Shown one piece after another: positions 44,049 to 53,783 of a stretch of 64,000 bases of DNA. The position numbers and the translations under genes are program-made. The notes below the pieces were generated by a model that was not told where the DNA came from, made no database searches, and saw only the letters and a list, made by a program, of their open reading frames with translations. The stretch's first letter is position 1, and every line of letters starts with the position of its first letter. The stretch comes from an uncultured Rhabdochlamydiaceae bacterium. Lineage in GTDB: Bacteria; Chlamydiota; Chlamydiia; Chlamydiales; Rhabdochlamydiaceae. Where the stretch lies: contig CAVQHD010000001.1 of NCBI GenBank assembly GCA_963712275.1, positions 1,728,001 to 1,792,000 of the forward strand, in the 5' to 3' direction.

Positions 44049-44863
44049 CTGAAGGATCTCTTCAATCTATTCTATCCTCTGGATTAATCGCCCTTTTGAG
44101 CAGCGGAATTGCCTATAAATGCGCCTTTTTTAAACGTCCTTTGTTTGAGCGGGCTCCAATTAGACTTTTTCACGTTCTCTCAGTCTTCTCAATTTATTTA
44201 GGCCTTCCCCTGCTTCTACAGCTCGTCTCTTTAAGCCTTTCTTCTCCTGGCTTAATCATGGCTAGGCAATTTTTCATTGTGATATCGATCTTACTGGTTT
44301 TATTTTTTTATATGCAGGCAGATAAAGAAGGAGCTTTTCAAGCTGCCTTTAAAAATCCTCAAAGTCGTTCATCCAGATTCTATGATTTTGGATTAGGGAT
44401 GATGTCTTGGTTAATCGCTTTTCCATGGGTGATTTTGATGGGTCAAATTTGCGATCTTTTGCTATACGTCATGTTTAATTTTGAAAGCTATGAACAAGTC
44501 GCTGTCCGGTACTTAAGGGATAATTTACAGGCAACTTCTCTCATGGTCATTGCGCTCATTTCAATTGTGGTGCTTGCTCCCATCATTGAAGAAATCCTTT
44601 TTCGAGCAACTTTTCAACAATACCTTAAAAAATGGTTGTCAGTTCGGATGTCTATTGTTGCCACCTCTGCTATTTTTGCTTCCTTCCATTTTTCAATTTC
44701 TCAAACCCTTGGCAATCTATCTTTGATTCCCTCTCTTTTAGTTTTTAGCTGCTTTCTAGGGTACGTTTATGAAAGGCAGGGATCGATTTTTGCCTCCATC
44801 GGCCTCCACTGCACATTCAATTTAGTCAGCTCTCTACAAATTTTATTTTTTTCCGAGGCTTAA
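44045..44863 (+). CDS. CPBP/CAAX family intramembrane metalloprotease
   Basis: APIIEEILFR, FASFH, SIGLHCTFN. Confidence 0.88.
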   Translation: MTEGSLQSILSSGLIALLSSGIAYKCAFFKRPLFERAPIRLFHVLSVFSIYLGLPLLLQLVSLSLSSPGLIMARQFFIVISILLVLFFYMQADKEGAFQAAFKNPQSRSSRFYDFGLGMMSWLIAFPWVILMGQICDLLLYVMFNFESYEQVAVRYLRDNLQATSLMVIALISIVVLAPIIEEILFRATFQQYLKKWLSVRMSIVATSAIFASFHFSISQTLGNLSLIPSLLVFSCFLGYVYERQGSIFASIGLHCTFNLVSSLQILFFSEA

Positions 44864-44867
44864 GATA

Positions 44868-45614
44868 ATGGTCATTCCTTCGATCGAAAGCTTTGGCGTC
44901 TCTGACATCGGTCTATCAAGAAAAAATAATGAAGACGTGTGGACAGAGCTCTCCGATCACCACTTTTATATTCTAGCCGATGGAATGGGAGGACATCTAG
45001 CAGGCGAAGTTGCCGCCAAAGAAGCTGTTCTTCACTTTTGCGATGCGGTGGACAAATATTTTCGAAGTCCAACTCCTCCTTCTGTTTCCTCGGCTAAGCG
45101 GTATCTTGGAGAAACATTTATCTCTGCAAACTCATGGATCCGCCGCCTAGGGAAAGATTATCCCGATTTGCACGGGATGGGAACCACCCTCTGCTGCCTT
45201 CTCATCCTTGATAGCCGCGTCATTATCGGTCATGTGGGAGATAGCCGCATCTATCGGTTCCGTCAAATGCTCTCTCTCCTCACAACTGACCATTCCCTTG
45301 AGCAAGAGCTTCTCTCAAAGTCGGAAGGAGGGCGCCAAGCCCATTCAAACTCTCATAAACATGTTCTGACCCGTGCCTTAGGAATTTCCCCTGCCATAGA
45401 ACCTGAACTATCTGAAGCCCCCTACCAAGCAGGCGATATTTATCTTCTCTGCAGCGACGGATTGCATGGAGCTCTTTCAGATCGGCAAATTGAATCTTTT
45501 TTTCGAAAATCGACATCTCTTAAAGAGCTCGCTTTGGAGTTGATTGAAGCCGCAAAAAAAGGTGGAGGTCATGATAATATTACACTTCTTCTGATCAGGA
45601 TTGGTGAAGTGTGA
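44868..45614 (+). CDS. PP2C-family Ser/Thr phosphatase
   Basis: NED, ADGMGGH, GMGTT, HVGDSR, LCSDGL, GGHDNIT. Confidence 0.92.
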   Translation: MVIPSIESFGVSDIGLSRKNNEDVWTELSDHHFYILADGMGGHLAGEVAAKEAVLHFCDAVDKYFRSPTPPSVSSAKRYLGETFISANSWIRRLGKDYPDLHGMGTTLCCLLILDSRVIIGHVGDSRIYRFRQMLSLLTTDHSLEQELLSKSEGGRQAHSNSHKHVLTRALGISPAIEPELSEAPYQAGDIYLLCSDGLHGALSDRQIESFFRKSTSLKELALELIEAAKKGGGHDNITLLLIRIGEV

Positions 45615-46753
45615 AAAAAATCTATCTCGACAATAATGGAACAACCGGCCTTGACCCCCGCGTCATCCAGGCAATGGAAGAAGTGCTAACCCCCATCCCA
45701 CTTAACCCTTCAAGCATGCACTACTTTGGGCAGCAAGCCAAGCAATGGCTGACGCGATCCCGCGATACCATTGCACAGCTGCTCCATGTCAAACCACATG
45801 AACTTATTTTCACCTCCGGAGGGACCGAGGCCCTTAACTTCCTTCTACGAGGATTTTATGCGCTCTCACCAGGCTGCCATATCTTAAGCTCTGATGTTGA
45901 ACATCCCGCCGTTCGGCTGACACTTGCGGATTTAGAGCGAATCGGAGCTCAAGTTACCTATCTTCCAGCAGGGCTCTGGGGAGCTGTCCGCCCGGAGCAA
46001 GTCGAAGCAGCCTTGACTCCCAAAACACGTCTCATCACTTTGATGGCTGTGAATAACATCACCGGCGTTAAAACCGATATTGGGACAATCGCTGAGCTGG
46101 CAGAAAGCCGCGGAATCCCTTTCATTGTCGATGGGGTTCAACTTCTTGGGAAAGAACTCTTTCATATCCCACGAGGAGTTACAGGCATGGCTTTTTCATC
46201 TCACAAGGTGCATGGCCCTCAAGGGGTCGGTGTTGCCATGCTCCGCTCCTCCTATAAGCTTCCCGCTCTAATCACAGGAGGATTGCAAGAACAGGGGCGC
46301 CGTGCAGGAACCGAAAATATCCCAGGAATTGTGGGCTTTGCCAAAGCAGCTGAGCTCCTCCCTTCTCTTCTGCCAAAGGCTGCAGAGCAGATGAGCGCCC
46401 TACGTGACCATCTCATCCAAGGACTCTCTCATTCTCTGCAAAATATCGTGGTCCATGGTCAAGGCCCCCGCATCTGCAACACAGCCCACATCGGTTTTCC
46501 TGGAATCGACGCTGAAACCCTGCTGCTTCAGCTCGATCTCGCAGGTATTGCAACAAGCCATGGTTCAGCTTGCTCATCAGGAGGGCTTGAACCTTCTCCC
46601 ATTTTACTTCAGATGGGCATCCCCCTTTCTCTTGCCCGCTCCAGCCTTCGGTTTTCCTTAAGCCGTTTCACCACCCAAGACGACATCGACACCACCATCG
46701 GCATCATCTCAAATTTAATAAATCGTGCGGACGGCAATCGTTTTGGGGCCTAA
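45611..46753 (+). CDS. iscS: Cysteine desulfurase (NifS/IscS type)
   Basis: IYLDNN, NPSS.H, FTSGGTE, SSHKVHGP, SHGSACSSG. Confidence 0.88.
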   Translation: MKKIYLDNNGTTGLDPRVIQAMEEVLTPIPLNPSSMHYFGQQAKQWLTRSRDTIAQLLHVKPHELIFTSGGTEALNFLLRGFYALSPGCHILSSDVEHPAVRLTLADLERIGAQVTYLPAGLWGAVRPEQVEAALTPKTRLITLMAVNNITGVKTDIGTIAELAESRGIPFIVDGVQLLGKELFHIPRGVTGMAFSSHKVHGPQGVGVAMLRSSYKLPALITGGLQEQGRRAGTENIPGIVGFAKAAELLPSLLPKAAEQMSALRDHLIQGLSHSLQNIVVHGQGPRICNTAHIGFPGIDAETLLLQLDLAGIATSHGSACSSGGLEPSPILLQMGIPLSLARSSLRFSLSRFTTQDDIDTTIGIISNLINRADGNRFGA

Positions 46754-47956
46754 AAGGGACGCCTCTTCCACAGTAAGCTCAAATTGATCGATCCGGACCG
46801 ATTCACCAACGACAGGCACGTGGCCTAGGAGATGCGTCATGAGCTCTTCAAATGTCTCAAGACCGCTTGAGTCTAAATGCACCTGATAGGTTTGATTGAA
46901 CTCGGCGACCTTCTGGTCTCCGGGAAAAGATCGATCAACCACGACATGATGCGACCGCGGAACGATCTCTTCAAATGACATCCATGAATCGGTGAGTCCA
47001 AAGATCTCATCGATGATTTCATCTAGAGTTAAAATCCCTTGCGCAAACCCTTTTTCATCAAGAACGATTGCAACACTTTGATTGTTTCGTCTAAATTGCC
47101 GAAGAATGGTGAGTATCGAATCTTTTTGAGTAATAAACCAGGGGGTCCTGGCATGGTCTCTGATTTTTTTGGTTTCTGGAAGCCGTAGCAAATCGCGAGG
47201 GTATGCAATCGCAATAATATTTGCGGGGTTTTTATGAAAAATAGGAACAAAAGATGAATAGTTAGTACTCAGCTGCTCTCTCATCTCAGAGACCGTACAT
47301 ACAGAAGGAAGAAGAGGAACCTTTTGCAGCGGCTGCATCAAATCTTTTGCTGTCATGTTCCGCAAGGCAAAAATTTGAGCTGAAATGGTATTAAATTCTT
47401 CTTCGTCTTTCTCTTCCAAAATCTTTTGAAGCTCTTCCCGGCTCAAATAGAGTCCTGCCTTTTCTGAAGATCCGATCAGGCGGTGCACCAGCTTGCAAAA
47501 GCCATCAAAGAGCCAAATGAGAGGGCGCAAAAGATAGGAGACAAAGTAGAGAATAGGCACTCCCACCATTGCGACATTTTCAGCATACCGCCGCCCGGCA
47601 AAAAGAGGGGCAATTTCAGCAAAAATAAGAACCACCAGCACCTGCGTTATGGGAGCCAAGTCTGGATTAAGATGAAACGTGTCATAAAGGCGTCTAGATG
47701 CCTCAGAACCAATTTGAAGAGCTGCATTCACACAGATGAGTGTTGTTCCAAAAAGGCGTCCTGGATGGTGTAAAAGGTCATTTAGCCAAATTGCTGGGCG
47801 GTTTCCTTTGCTGACATAGTATTGAAGCCGGACTTTATTAAATGAAACGGAGGCCATCTCAACCATGGCGAAAAAACCCTGAACAATGAGACAGACTAAG
47901 ATCAAGATTAAGAGAAATTCCCATGATTCAGAGGAAGTGGCAGCTTCTTGGCTCAT
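46715..47956 (-). CDS. CNNM/DUF21-CBS hemolysin family protein
   Basis: FFAMVEMA, FAEIAP, CBS pair, AIVLDE. Confidence 0.85.
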   Translation of the reverse strand: MSQEAATSSESWEFLLILILVCLIVQGFFAMVEMASVSFNKVRLQYYVSKGNRPAIWLNDLLHHPGRLFGTTLICVNAALQIGSEASRRLYDTFHLNPDLAPITQVLVVLIFAEIAPLFAGRRYAENVAMVGVPILYFVSYLLRPLIWLFDGFCKLVHRLIGSSEKAGLYLSREELQKILEEKDEEEFNTISAQIFALRNMTAKDLMQPLQKVPLLPSVCTVSEMREQLSTNYSSFVPIFHKNPANIIAIAYPRDLLRLPETKKIRDHARTPWFITQKDSILTILRQFRRNNQSVAIVLDEKGFAQGILTLDEIIDEIFGLTDSWMSFEEIVPRSHHVVVDRSFPGDQKVAEFNQTYQVHLDSSGLETFEELMTHLLGHVPVVGESVRIDQFELTVEEASLLGPKTIAVRTIY

Positions 47957-49188
47957 CTTTTTTTTCTCATACGTCGAATATAGACCCTCCGAACCCGCGT
48001 TGGATCAGCTGCCAGCACATGGAACAGACACTGATCTGTGACCAATTTACTCCCACTTTTTGGAATATCTCCCATTTTTTCTGTCAAATACCCCCCGATT
48101 GTCACCATATTATTTTTAGACACAAATGAAACATCAAAAATTTTCTCCAGCTCAGCAAGTTCCATTTTACCGCTTGCAATGATCACATCATGTCCAGATA
48201 AGGTGTAGAGATTTTTTTCATCACGCCGGTCGGCAATCTCACCAATCACTGTTTCCACAAGATCTTCTAGCGCAATAATACCAGAGATAGAACCATATTC
48301 ATCCACAACAATGGCAAACGATTCTTGTCGATCATAAAACTGTCTCAGGAGAACACGAGCGGGAACTGTTTCTGGCACAAAAAATGGCTTTTCTAAAACA
48401 GATAAAAGGCTCTCAGCTGATTGAATCGATTCTCGATAAAGAAAAAATTGTCGGCTTGTGATCACCCCAATGATTTGATCAAGGCCTGACTTACAAACAG
48501 GAATTCTAGAACACTCCTGATCGACAAATAAGTGGATGAGTCGAGAGAGAGGCTCTTCCATATCAAAATAAAGAACCTCTTCCCTGGGCCGCATCCGCTC
48601 TTTAACCGTCGACTCTTGGAGAGCAAGATATCCGCGAATTAATTCGGCCTCTTCCGCCTGTAAAACACCATACTGCCGAGAGGTCCTAAGTGCATGTTGA
48701 AGTTCATCGATAGAGATTTCCTCTTCCTTGCGCAAAAAGAAAAATAAGATTCTTGAAACGACATTTGTCACAGAGACAAGAGCTTTTCGGATGGGTGAGA
48801 GGAGCCACTCTAAAAACCGGATGACAGGAGCCACTCGATAGGCAATCCTCATATTATTGACAAGCCCAATGGACTTGGGAATCACTTCTCCTAGAACTAA
48901 AGTCAGCATGAGTGGAACGGCAACATTCAAAGCCCAATTAGACTCACCGAATAAAGAAGAAGAGACGTTTTGAATCAAAATATTCACAGCCACATTGATC
49001 ATAATAATCGTGACGAGCAGGTCACGCGGTGATGCGAGAAGAGTTGCAACAAGTTTTTTACGAGGATCGGGGTCGGTTTTATATGCTTTCACCTTAAGGC
49101 TTGATAAAGAAAATAGAGAGGTTTCCGACGCAGAAGAAAAGCCGGAAAAAAAGATCAAGATGACAAGTAATGCAACTAAAGCAATCAT
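47953..49188 (-). CDS. CNNM/DUF21-CBS-CorC hemolysin family protein
   Basis: FSSASETSLFS, GEVIPK, SRIPV, VVDEYG, EDLVETVIGEI. Confidence 0.9.
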   Translation of the reverse strand: MIALVALLVILIFFSGFSSASETSLFSLSSLKVKAYKTDPDPRKKLVATLLASPRDLLVTIIMINVAVNILIQNVSSSLFGESNWALNVAVPLMLTLVLGEVIPKSIGLVNNMRIAYRVAPVIRFLEWLLSPIRKALVSVTNVVSRILFFFLRKEEEISIDELQHALRTSRQYGVLQAEEAELIRGYLALQESTVKERMRPREEVLYFDMEEPLSRLIHLFVDQECSRIPVCKSGLDQIIGVITSRQFFLYRESIQSAESLLSVLEKPFFVPETVPARVLLRQFYDRQESFAIVVDEYGSISGIIALEDLVETVIGEIADRRDEKNLYTLSGHDVIIASGKMELAELEKIFDVSFVSKNNMVTIGGYLTEKMGDIPKSGSKLVTDQCLFHVLAADPTRVRRVYIRRMRKKR

Positions 49189-49197
49189 TCTAAAGTT

Positions 49198-49524
49198 TTA
49201 AGGATAAAAATAAACCTTCTCTTCCCCTTCATGAACCATTCCTAAGTTTCGCTTTAAGATCATTTCTATCCATGCAGGATCCGACTGGCTTTGAATTTGA
49301 AGCAGCAGTTCATCTCGATGGGAGGCCGCTCGGGCTTTTTCTTCCTCAAGCAAGTGAAGCTGGTCAGCCATTTCGCGGTAAGAAGCCTCTTTTTGCCGCA
49401 TTGCCTGAAGATAGATAAACACCCCAGAGCCAATGAATAACAAAAACCACCCTGACCGCTGAAACCACCGTCTATGAGAGTGAAAAGTGGATGATTTAAG
49501 GTCTCTTGCCATCTTAGATGCCAT
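49198..49524 (-). CDS. FtsB/DivIC-like small membrane coiled-coil protein
   Basis: One TM, coiled coil, SDPAWIEMILKRNLGMVHEGE; start may be 49512. Confidence 0.65.
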   Translation of the reverse strand: MASKMARDLKSSTFHSHRRWFQRSGWFLLFIGSGVFIYLQAMRQKEASYREMADQLHLLEEEKARAASHRDELLLQIQSQSDPAWIEMILKRNLGMVHEGEEKVYFYP

Positions 49525-49537
49525 TCTATGATTAATC

Positions 49538-50278
49538 TTAGTAAATTGATAGAAGATCTTCTCGAGTTAAACGACTTTTATCTGCGAGATTCAAATCTAA
49601 AATAATGCGCCCCTTATTCATTGCAATGAGACGATTTCCATATTGCAATGCATCCTCAAGATGGTGTGTTGCGACAATCGTTGTAACTTGTCTTAATCTG
49701 ACAACTTCGTTTGTTAAATGCATCAACTTCTGGGACATCGGTGGATCTAAAGCGCTTGTATGCTCATCCAGAAGGAGCAGCTGAGGAGCACCCCAAAGGC
49801 TCATTGCAAAAGCAAGTGTTTGCCTTTCTCCCCCAGAAAGAGTCGTAATAGGCTCATGTAATCGATCGCACAATTTAGGATTGTATCCCTCTAAATAAGA
49901 CCGAATGATGTCACACTCTTTTTTAATCGAGATAGAAAGCGAAGTCCGTTGATTTCGATGCATAGCTATCAAACAATTCTCCAAGACAGTCAGCTGTGAA
50001 AACGTCGATAAGTTGAGGTCCTGAGTCAGAGTCACAATCTCTTGCGCTCGCTTATTGATGGGATGCGAGAGCAAGCACCTACCCTTAAAAGATATCTCCC
50101 CCGAAGTTGGCTTACAAAGACCATTAATAGCTCTGATCAAAGAGCTTTTTCCCGAGCCATTACCTCCAAGTAAAATAATAAAATCTCCAGGAAGCACCTC
50201 GAGTGAAAGTTCATCGAGGATCGGCTGCTGTTTAGACGCGATGTTCAGATTGATTTTTTTAAGAGCTAATAAAGTCAT
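49538..50278 (-). CDS. ABC importer ATP-binding subunit
   Basis: GGNGSGKS, LSGGERQ, LLLDEHTSALDP. Confidence 0.92.
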   Translation of the reverse strand: MTLLALKKINLNIASKQQPILDELSLEVLPGDFIILLGGNGSGKSSLIRAINGLCKPTSGEISFKGRCLLSHPINKRAQEIVTLTQDLNLSTFSQLTVLENCLIAMHRNQRTSLSISIKKECDIIRSYLEGYNPKLCDRLHEPITTLSGGERQTLAFAMSLWGAPQLLLLDEHTSALDPPMSQKLMHLTNEVVRLRQVTTIVATHHLEDALQYGNRLIAMNKGRIILDLNLADKSRLTREDLLSIY

Positions 50279-51134
50279 ACGCTGTTTTTTCCTTCGTCAT
50301 CGCTAAGAATCCGACCAAACACAAACCTATCATCATACGTAAGTAGATGGGATCCAGTCCCAACGAGATTAAACTGTTAACAAGGGCAAAGTAGACAAAA
50401 ACACCTACAAAGCAAAAAGAGAGTTGAATCACTTTGGGCATATAAAAATGCCGAGAAAACTGCTGGCCAATGATCACAGTCCCTAAAGCGATGAGAATAA
50501 TTCCTGTTCCCATTCCAATGTCTGCATAACCACTTGCTTGAGCTGTCAGGGCTCCACAAAACCCAACAAGTCCATTGCTTAAAGATAGTCCCACCATTCG
50601 ATAAACCCTTGCATTTTTCCCACATAGGTTCAATAAAGTTGCATTATTCCCAAAAGCATAAAGCATCAACCCTAGGCGGGACATCAATAGAAAACCCACC
50701 CCCAGAATCAAAACAAAAGCAAGAGCCGTAAGCATGATTATTTTAATCCCCCCTGCTGAAAAAGAGACATAGCCAACAGTGACTGAAAAGATCGAAGGAG
50801 AGTCGAAAAGGGAAAGATTGGGCCTTCCCATCAGTTTGAGCGTCACTGTATTGAGAATGAAAACAAGTAAAATCCCTGCAATCAAAGGATTGAGCCGAAA
50901 ATAGGTTTGTAAACAACTCACAGCCATCCCCGCAACACCCCCGGCTCCAGTTGCAAATAGCATCGCCATAAAAGGGTTTATTCCTCCCTGTACGCTTATT
51001 GCAAATATAGCAGCTCCCAAGACAAAGCTGCCATCCGTCGTGAGGTCAGGCATCCGAAGGACGACATAACTCATATAGACCCCAATAGCAAGGGGGAGAA
51101 AAAGTAAGCTTTGTTCTAGAATACTTAGCAACAT
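50259..51134 (-). CDS. ABC importer permease (aromatic amino-acid type)
   Basis: PDLTTDGSFVLG, GLSLSNGLV, GYADIGMGTG. Confidence 0.88.
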   Translation of the reverse strand: MLLSILEQSLLFLPLAIGVYMSYVVLRMPDLTTDGSFVLGAAIFAISVQGGINPFMAMLFATGAGGVAGMAVSCLQTYFRLNPLIAGILLVFILNTVTLKLMGRPNLSLFDSPSIFSVTVGYVSFSAGGIKIIMLTALAFVLILGVGFLLMSRLGLMLYAFGNNATLLNLCGKNARVYRMVGLSLSNGLVGFCGALTAQASGYADIGMGTGIILIALGTVIIGQQFSRHFYMPKVIQLSFCFVGVFVYFALVNSLISLGLDPIYLRMMIGLCLVGFLAMTKEKTAYDFISS

Positions 51135-51139
51135 AAACG

Positions 51140-52117
51140 TTAGTGAGTGTCTATATATTCAATCAAAACTCCAAGAGCTTCAGCCTTTTCAATAAAAGAC
51201 TGCAGGTCAATCCCCTGTTTTTTGCAGGAGGCTCGGTTCACAAACAAAGGGAAAGGACCCTTCATAACTTGCGGGGCAATGCTTTGAGGAGAGGTTCCAT
51301 TTAAGATCATTTTGACAATTTGAGCCCCCTGCTTGCCGATATGCGCCTCTCTAACAGCAATAGCAAAAGCTCCGCCTCCAATCACAGATCCTTCATCTGA
51401 TGTCATGATGGGAATACCTCGCTTTTCAGCTTGCTGTACAATCGCTTGAATCCCACTGACGACAAGGTGATCTTTCAAAATAAAAATCGCTTGGCTGTCC
51501 GAAGCAACCGCCTGCCCGATTGTGTAGAGCTCCGGCAAGGTCTGCACCATCAATTTTTGGACATCGATCTTTCGAGCGGCTGCTGCCTCAACCACATGAG
51601 GGATTTCCTTTGCGACTTTTTCAGAGGCGCTATAGATCAATGTAATCTTTTTGATATGGGGAAAAACATCATGCAAAAACCCAAGAGAGTCATGCGGTGA
51701 AAGCTCATCATTGAGACAGGTTGTTTGCGGGCCCGTTTGAAGTTGAGTGCTCTTAACTGAAAAATCCGTTGCCAGGCAAAGAATTTTGTGATTTTTCGCT
51801 AGACTAGCTGTCATTTGGGAGGCGGCTGTTCCAATGGGGACTAAAACATCGCAATTATCTCGCATAAGCTGCTGAATAATCGCTCGCTGGAGATTAGGGT
51901 CTCCTTGAGCATTCATGACTTTAAGTGTAACAGGTTGGTTCGGGTTTAAATCGAGCTCTTCTTTAAGACCGCTGACAATATCATTTAATGCCTGGTGTTC
52001 CATAGGAACGACCACACCAACCATTTTTTGGGCCATTTTTTTGGTTTCTTTCTGCGAAGAATTGCAAGCAAAACTCAAACTTGCAAGAATAGAAATAATT
52101 AAAATATTTTTTTTCAT
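51140..52117 (-). CDS. ABC importer substrate-binding lipoprotein (probably tryptophan or aromatic amino acid)
   Basis: Lipobox SFAC; EHQALNDI..G, NAQGD; cotranscribed with trpR. Confidence 0.85.
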   Translation of the reverse strand: MKKNILIISILASLSFACNSSQKETKKMAQKMVGVVVPMEHQALNDIVSGLKEELDLNPNQPVTLKVMNAQGDPNLQRAIIQQLMRDNCDVLVPIGTAASQMTASLAKNHKILCLATDFSVKSTQLQTGPQTTCLNDELSPHDSLGFLHDVFPHIKKITLIYSASEKVAKEIPHVVEAAAARKIDVQKLMVQTLPELYTIGQAVASDSQAIFILKDHLVVSGIQAIVQQAEKRGIPIMTSDEGSVIGGGAFAIAVREAHIGKQGAQIVKMILNGTSPQSIAPQVMKGPFPLFVNRASCKKQGIDLQSFIEKAEALGVLIEYIDTH

Positions 52118-52404
52118 TTTAGATACCTTGCTAAAAAATTTTTCATTTCACCATTGATGATTTTTAAAGCGTTAGACCCTCTAGTAATTTGAGCGATACT
52201 GACGTGATAGACCTTTGCAATTTCCCGCTGAGTTAATACCCCTTCGAATAACGCTTTCACAATCAGGTAGCGGGAGGCCAAGAGCTCTTTTTCTTCAATT
52301 GTCAAAAACAAATCAAACAACTGATTGAGCTCCCCGCTTGACTCAGCATTAGAACACAGCTCTAGAAACTCTATCCATCCCTCCTTAGCACGGTATTGAC
52401 TCAT
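52114..52404 (-). CDS. trpR: Trp operon repressor
   Basis: LFLTIEEKELLASR, TQREIA...VSIAQITRGSNALK. Confidence 0.92.
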   Translation of the reverse strand: MSQYRAKEGWIEFLELCSNAESSGELNQLFDLFLTIEEKELLASRYLIVKALFEGVLTQREIAKVYHVSIAQITRGSNALKIINGEMKNFLARYLK

Positions 52405-52421
52405 GGATTCTCCTTGTTTAT

Positions 52422-52455
52422 TTGAAACGTTACACCATTACAACATTACTGTCAA
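52422..52455 (-). promoter_or_regulatory. trpR promoter with overlapping TrpR-like operator
   Basis: TTGACA-17 nt-TAACGT; GTAAT/GTAAT/GTAAC half-sites at 8-bp period. Confidence 0.7.
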
Positions 52456-52531
52456 AGCAAAGGTGATTATAGAGGTGTATAAAAAAAATTTTGTAATGCA
52501 AAAAAATCCTGGAAATCTTTATAATTTATCT

Positions 52532-53704
52532 ATGTTGAGGCTACCCAGCTTTGATCAAATCAAAAGCATTGCACATGTTTATTTGAAACATCTTGAGACC
52601 GTTGATAAGTGGTGCAATAGGATTGTCGTCGTCCTCTCGGGAGCACTCATTTTATCTTGTGCTCTTACCCTACTTGCTACTAATGTTGCAAAATATTTTT
52701 TATCAAAAAAGCCTTCTCCACCTCCCGTACCCACGCCACCCGTACCCATGCCACCTCATTTACCACCTCTCCTTCTTCCCGTGAAGATTTCAGATCTGGA
52801 GGCCATTCTTGTCAGATTGAAGACAAAGGATAGAAATAAACTTTTAGCGGCGCTAGGCGCTTTGAGCAACTTGGCAAGTAGGTACAAATACCGTTCAGAA
52901 GAGCACGAAAGAATTGCCAAAGTCTTTTATAAATATTTACCAGGTCTTTCTCAGGAAGATCTTTTCCCTATGGGTGAAGCCAAGGAGGAAATAAAACAGT
53001 TATTCGCCCAATTTGCACAAAATATGAACCACATTCCTCATTGGGATGATCCTGCAATAGAGGAACTTTGCCATTTTTGTACAACCTTAACGCCTGCAGA
53101 GGAAGAGCAATTTTTAAAAGTCGTGCCTCTGAGTCTTGTCCCTGCAGAAAGAGTCGCCGGAATCCAAGAGATGAGCAGGCGATTTAGCTTAGGGCAAATT
53201 GAAGGGCAATGTTTTAAAGACCATTTTGGTTTTTATTTCCTGGCACCACGGTTTTTTATCTCAAATGGGGCAAGTGCATTTCTACGAGGGATATCTCTGG
53301 AGCTTTTAATGCGTTTGTTGAAAGATTATTCGAAAGATTTCTATATCGATTTTCAGGTGTATCAGGCCTTTAAAGAAATTCCTTCTACTTCAGATGCTTA
53401 TCAAAAACTCATGCTCTTTGCAAGGTGGTATCGCGAAGGGTTTTCCAATTGGAGCTCCAATGAAAAAGCTTACCGACTCATAATTCTTCTGGCTATGGCG
53501 CACTTTCTTTTAAGCAGACTACCAGGAAAAAATGTCCAACTAGCCTGGAGAACCCGAGAAATGAGTGGCTCAAAACAGCTCTTCTTAACCCCCTCGATGA
53601 TCAAAGACTGGATTCCAGAGGAATATCGCTCTTGGACCAAAACCTGCAGCGACGCACAACTCAATCCCGTGGAAGAACTCAGACAATATTTTTTCGATCC
53701 CTGA
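52532..53704 (+). CDS. Hypothetical membrane-anchored protein with a proline-rich segment
   Basis: TM IVVVLSGALILSCALTLLA followed by PSPPPVPTPPVPMPPHLPP; TATAAT 6 nt before ATG 52532. Confidence 0.72.
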   Translation: MLRLPSFDQIKSIAHVYLKHLETVDKWCNRIVVVLSGALILSCALTLLATNVAKYFLSKKPSPPPVPTPPVPMPPHLPPLLLPVKISDLEAILVRLKTKDRNKLLAALGALSNLASRYKYRSEEHERIAKVFYKYLPGLSQEDLFPMGEAKEEIKQLFAQFAQNMNHIPHWDDPAIEELCHFCTTLTPAEEEQFLKVVPLSLVPAERVAGIQEMSRRFSLGQIEGQCFKDHFGFYFLAPRFFISNGASAFLRGISLELLMRLLKDYSKDFYIDFQVYQAFKEIPSTSDAYQKLMLFARWYREGFSNWSSNEKAYRLIILLAMAHFLLSRLPGKNVQLAWRTREMSGSKQLFLTPSMIKDWIPEEYRSWTKTCSDAQLNPVEELRQYFFDP

Positions 53705-53717
53705 TCAAAACAGGACC

Positions 53718-53781
53718 TGACTTTTCCGCAAGCTAATGCAAAATAGTCTTGACTTTTCCGCAATACCGTGCAAAATAGTCA
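53718..53781 (+). promoter_or_regulatory. Two tandem 32-bp repeats overlapping the promoter of the AAA+ ATPase
   Basis: TGACTTTTCCGCAA-N5-TGCAAAATAGTC twice. Confidence 0.75.
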
Positions 53782-53783
53782 AT

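Noticed and set aside
52403..52531. N-terminal extension of the 433-aa ORF
   Set aside because: It overlaps the trpR start, promoter and operator; ATG 52532 is better supported
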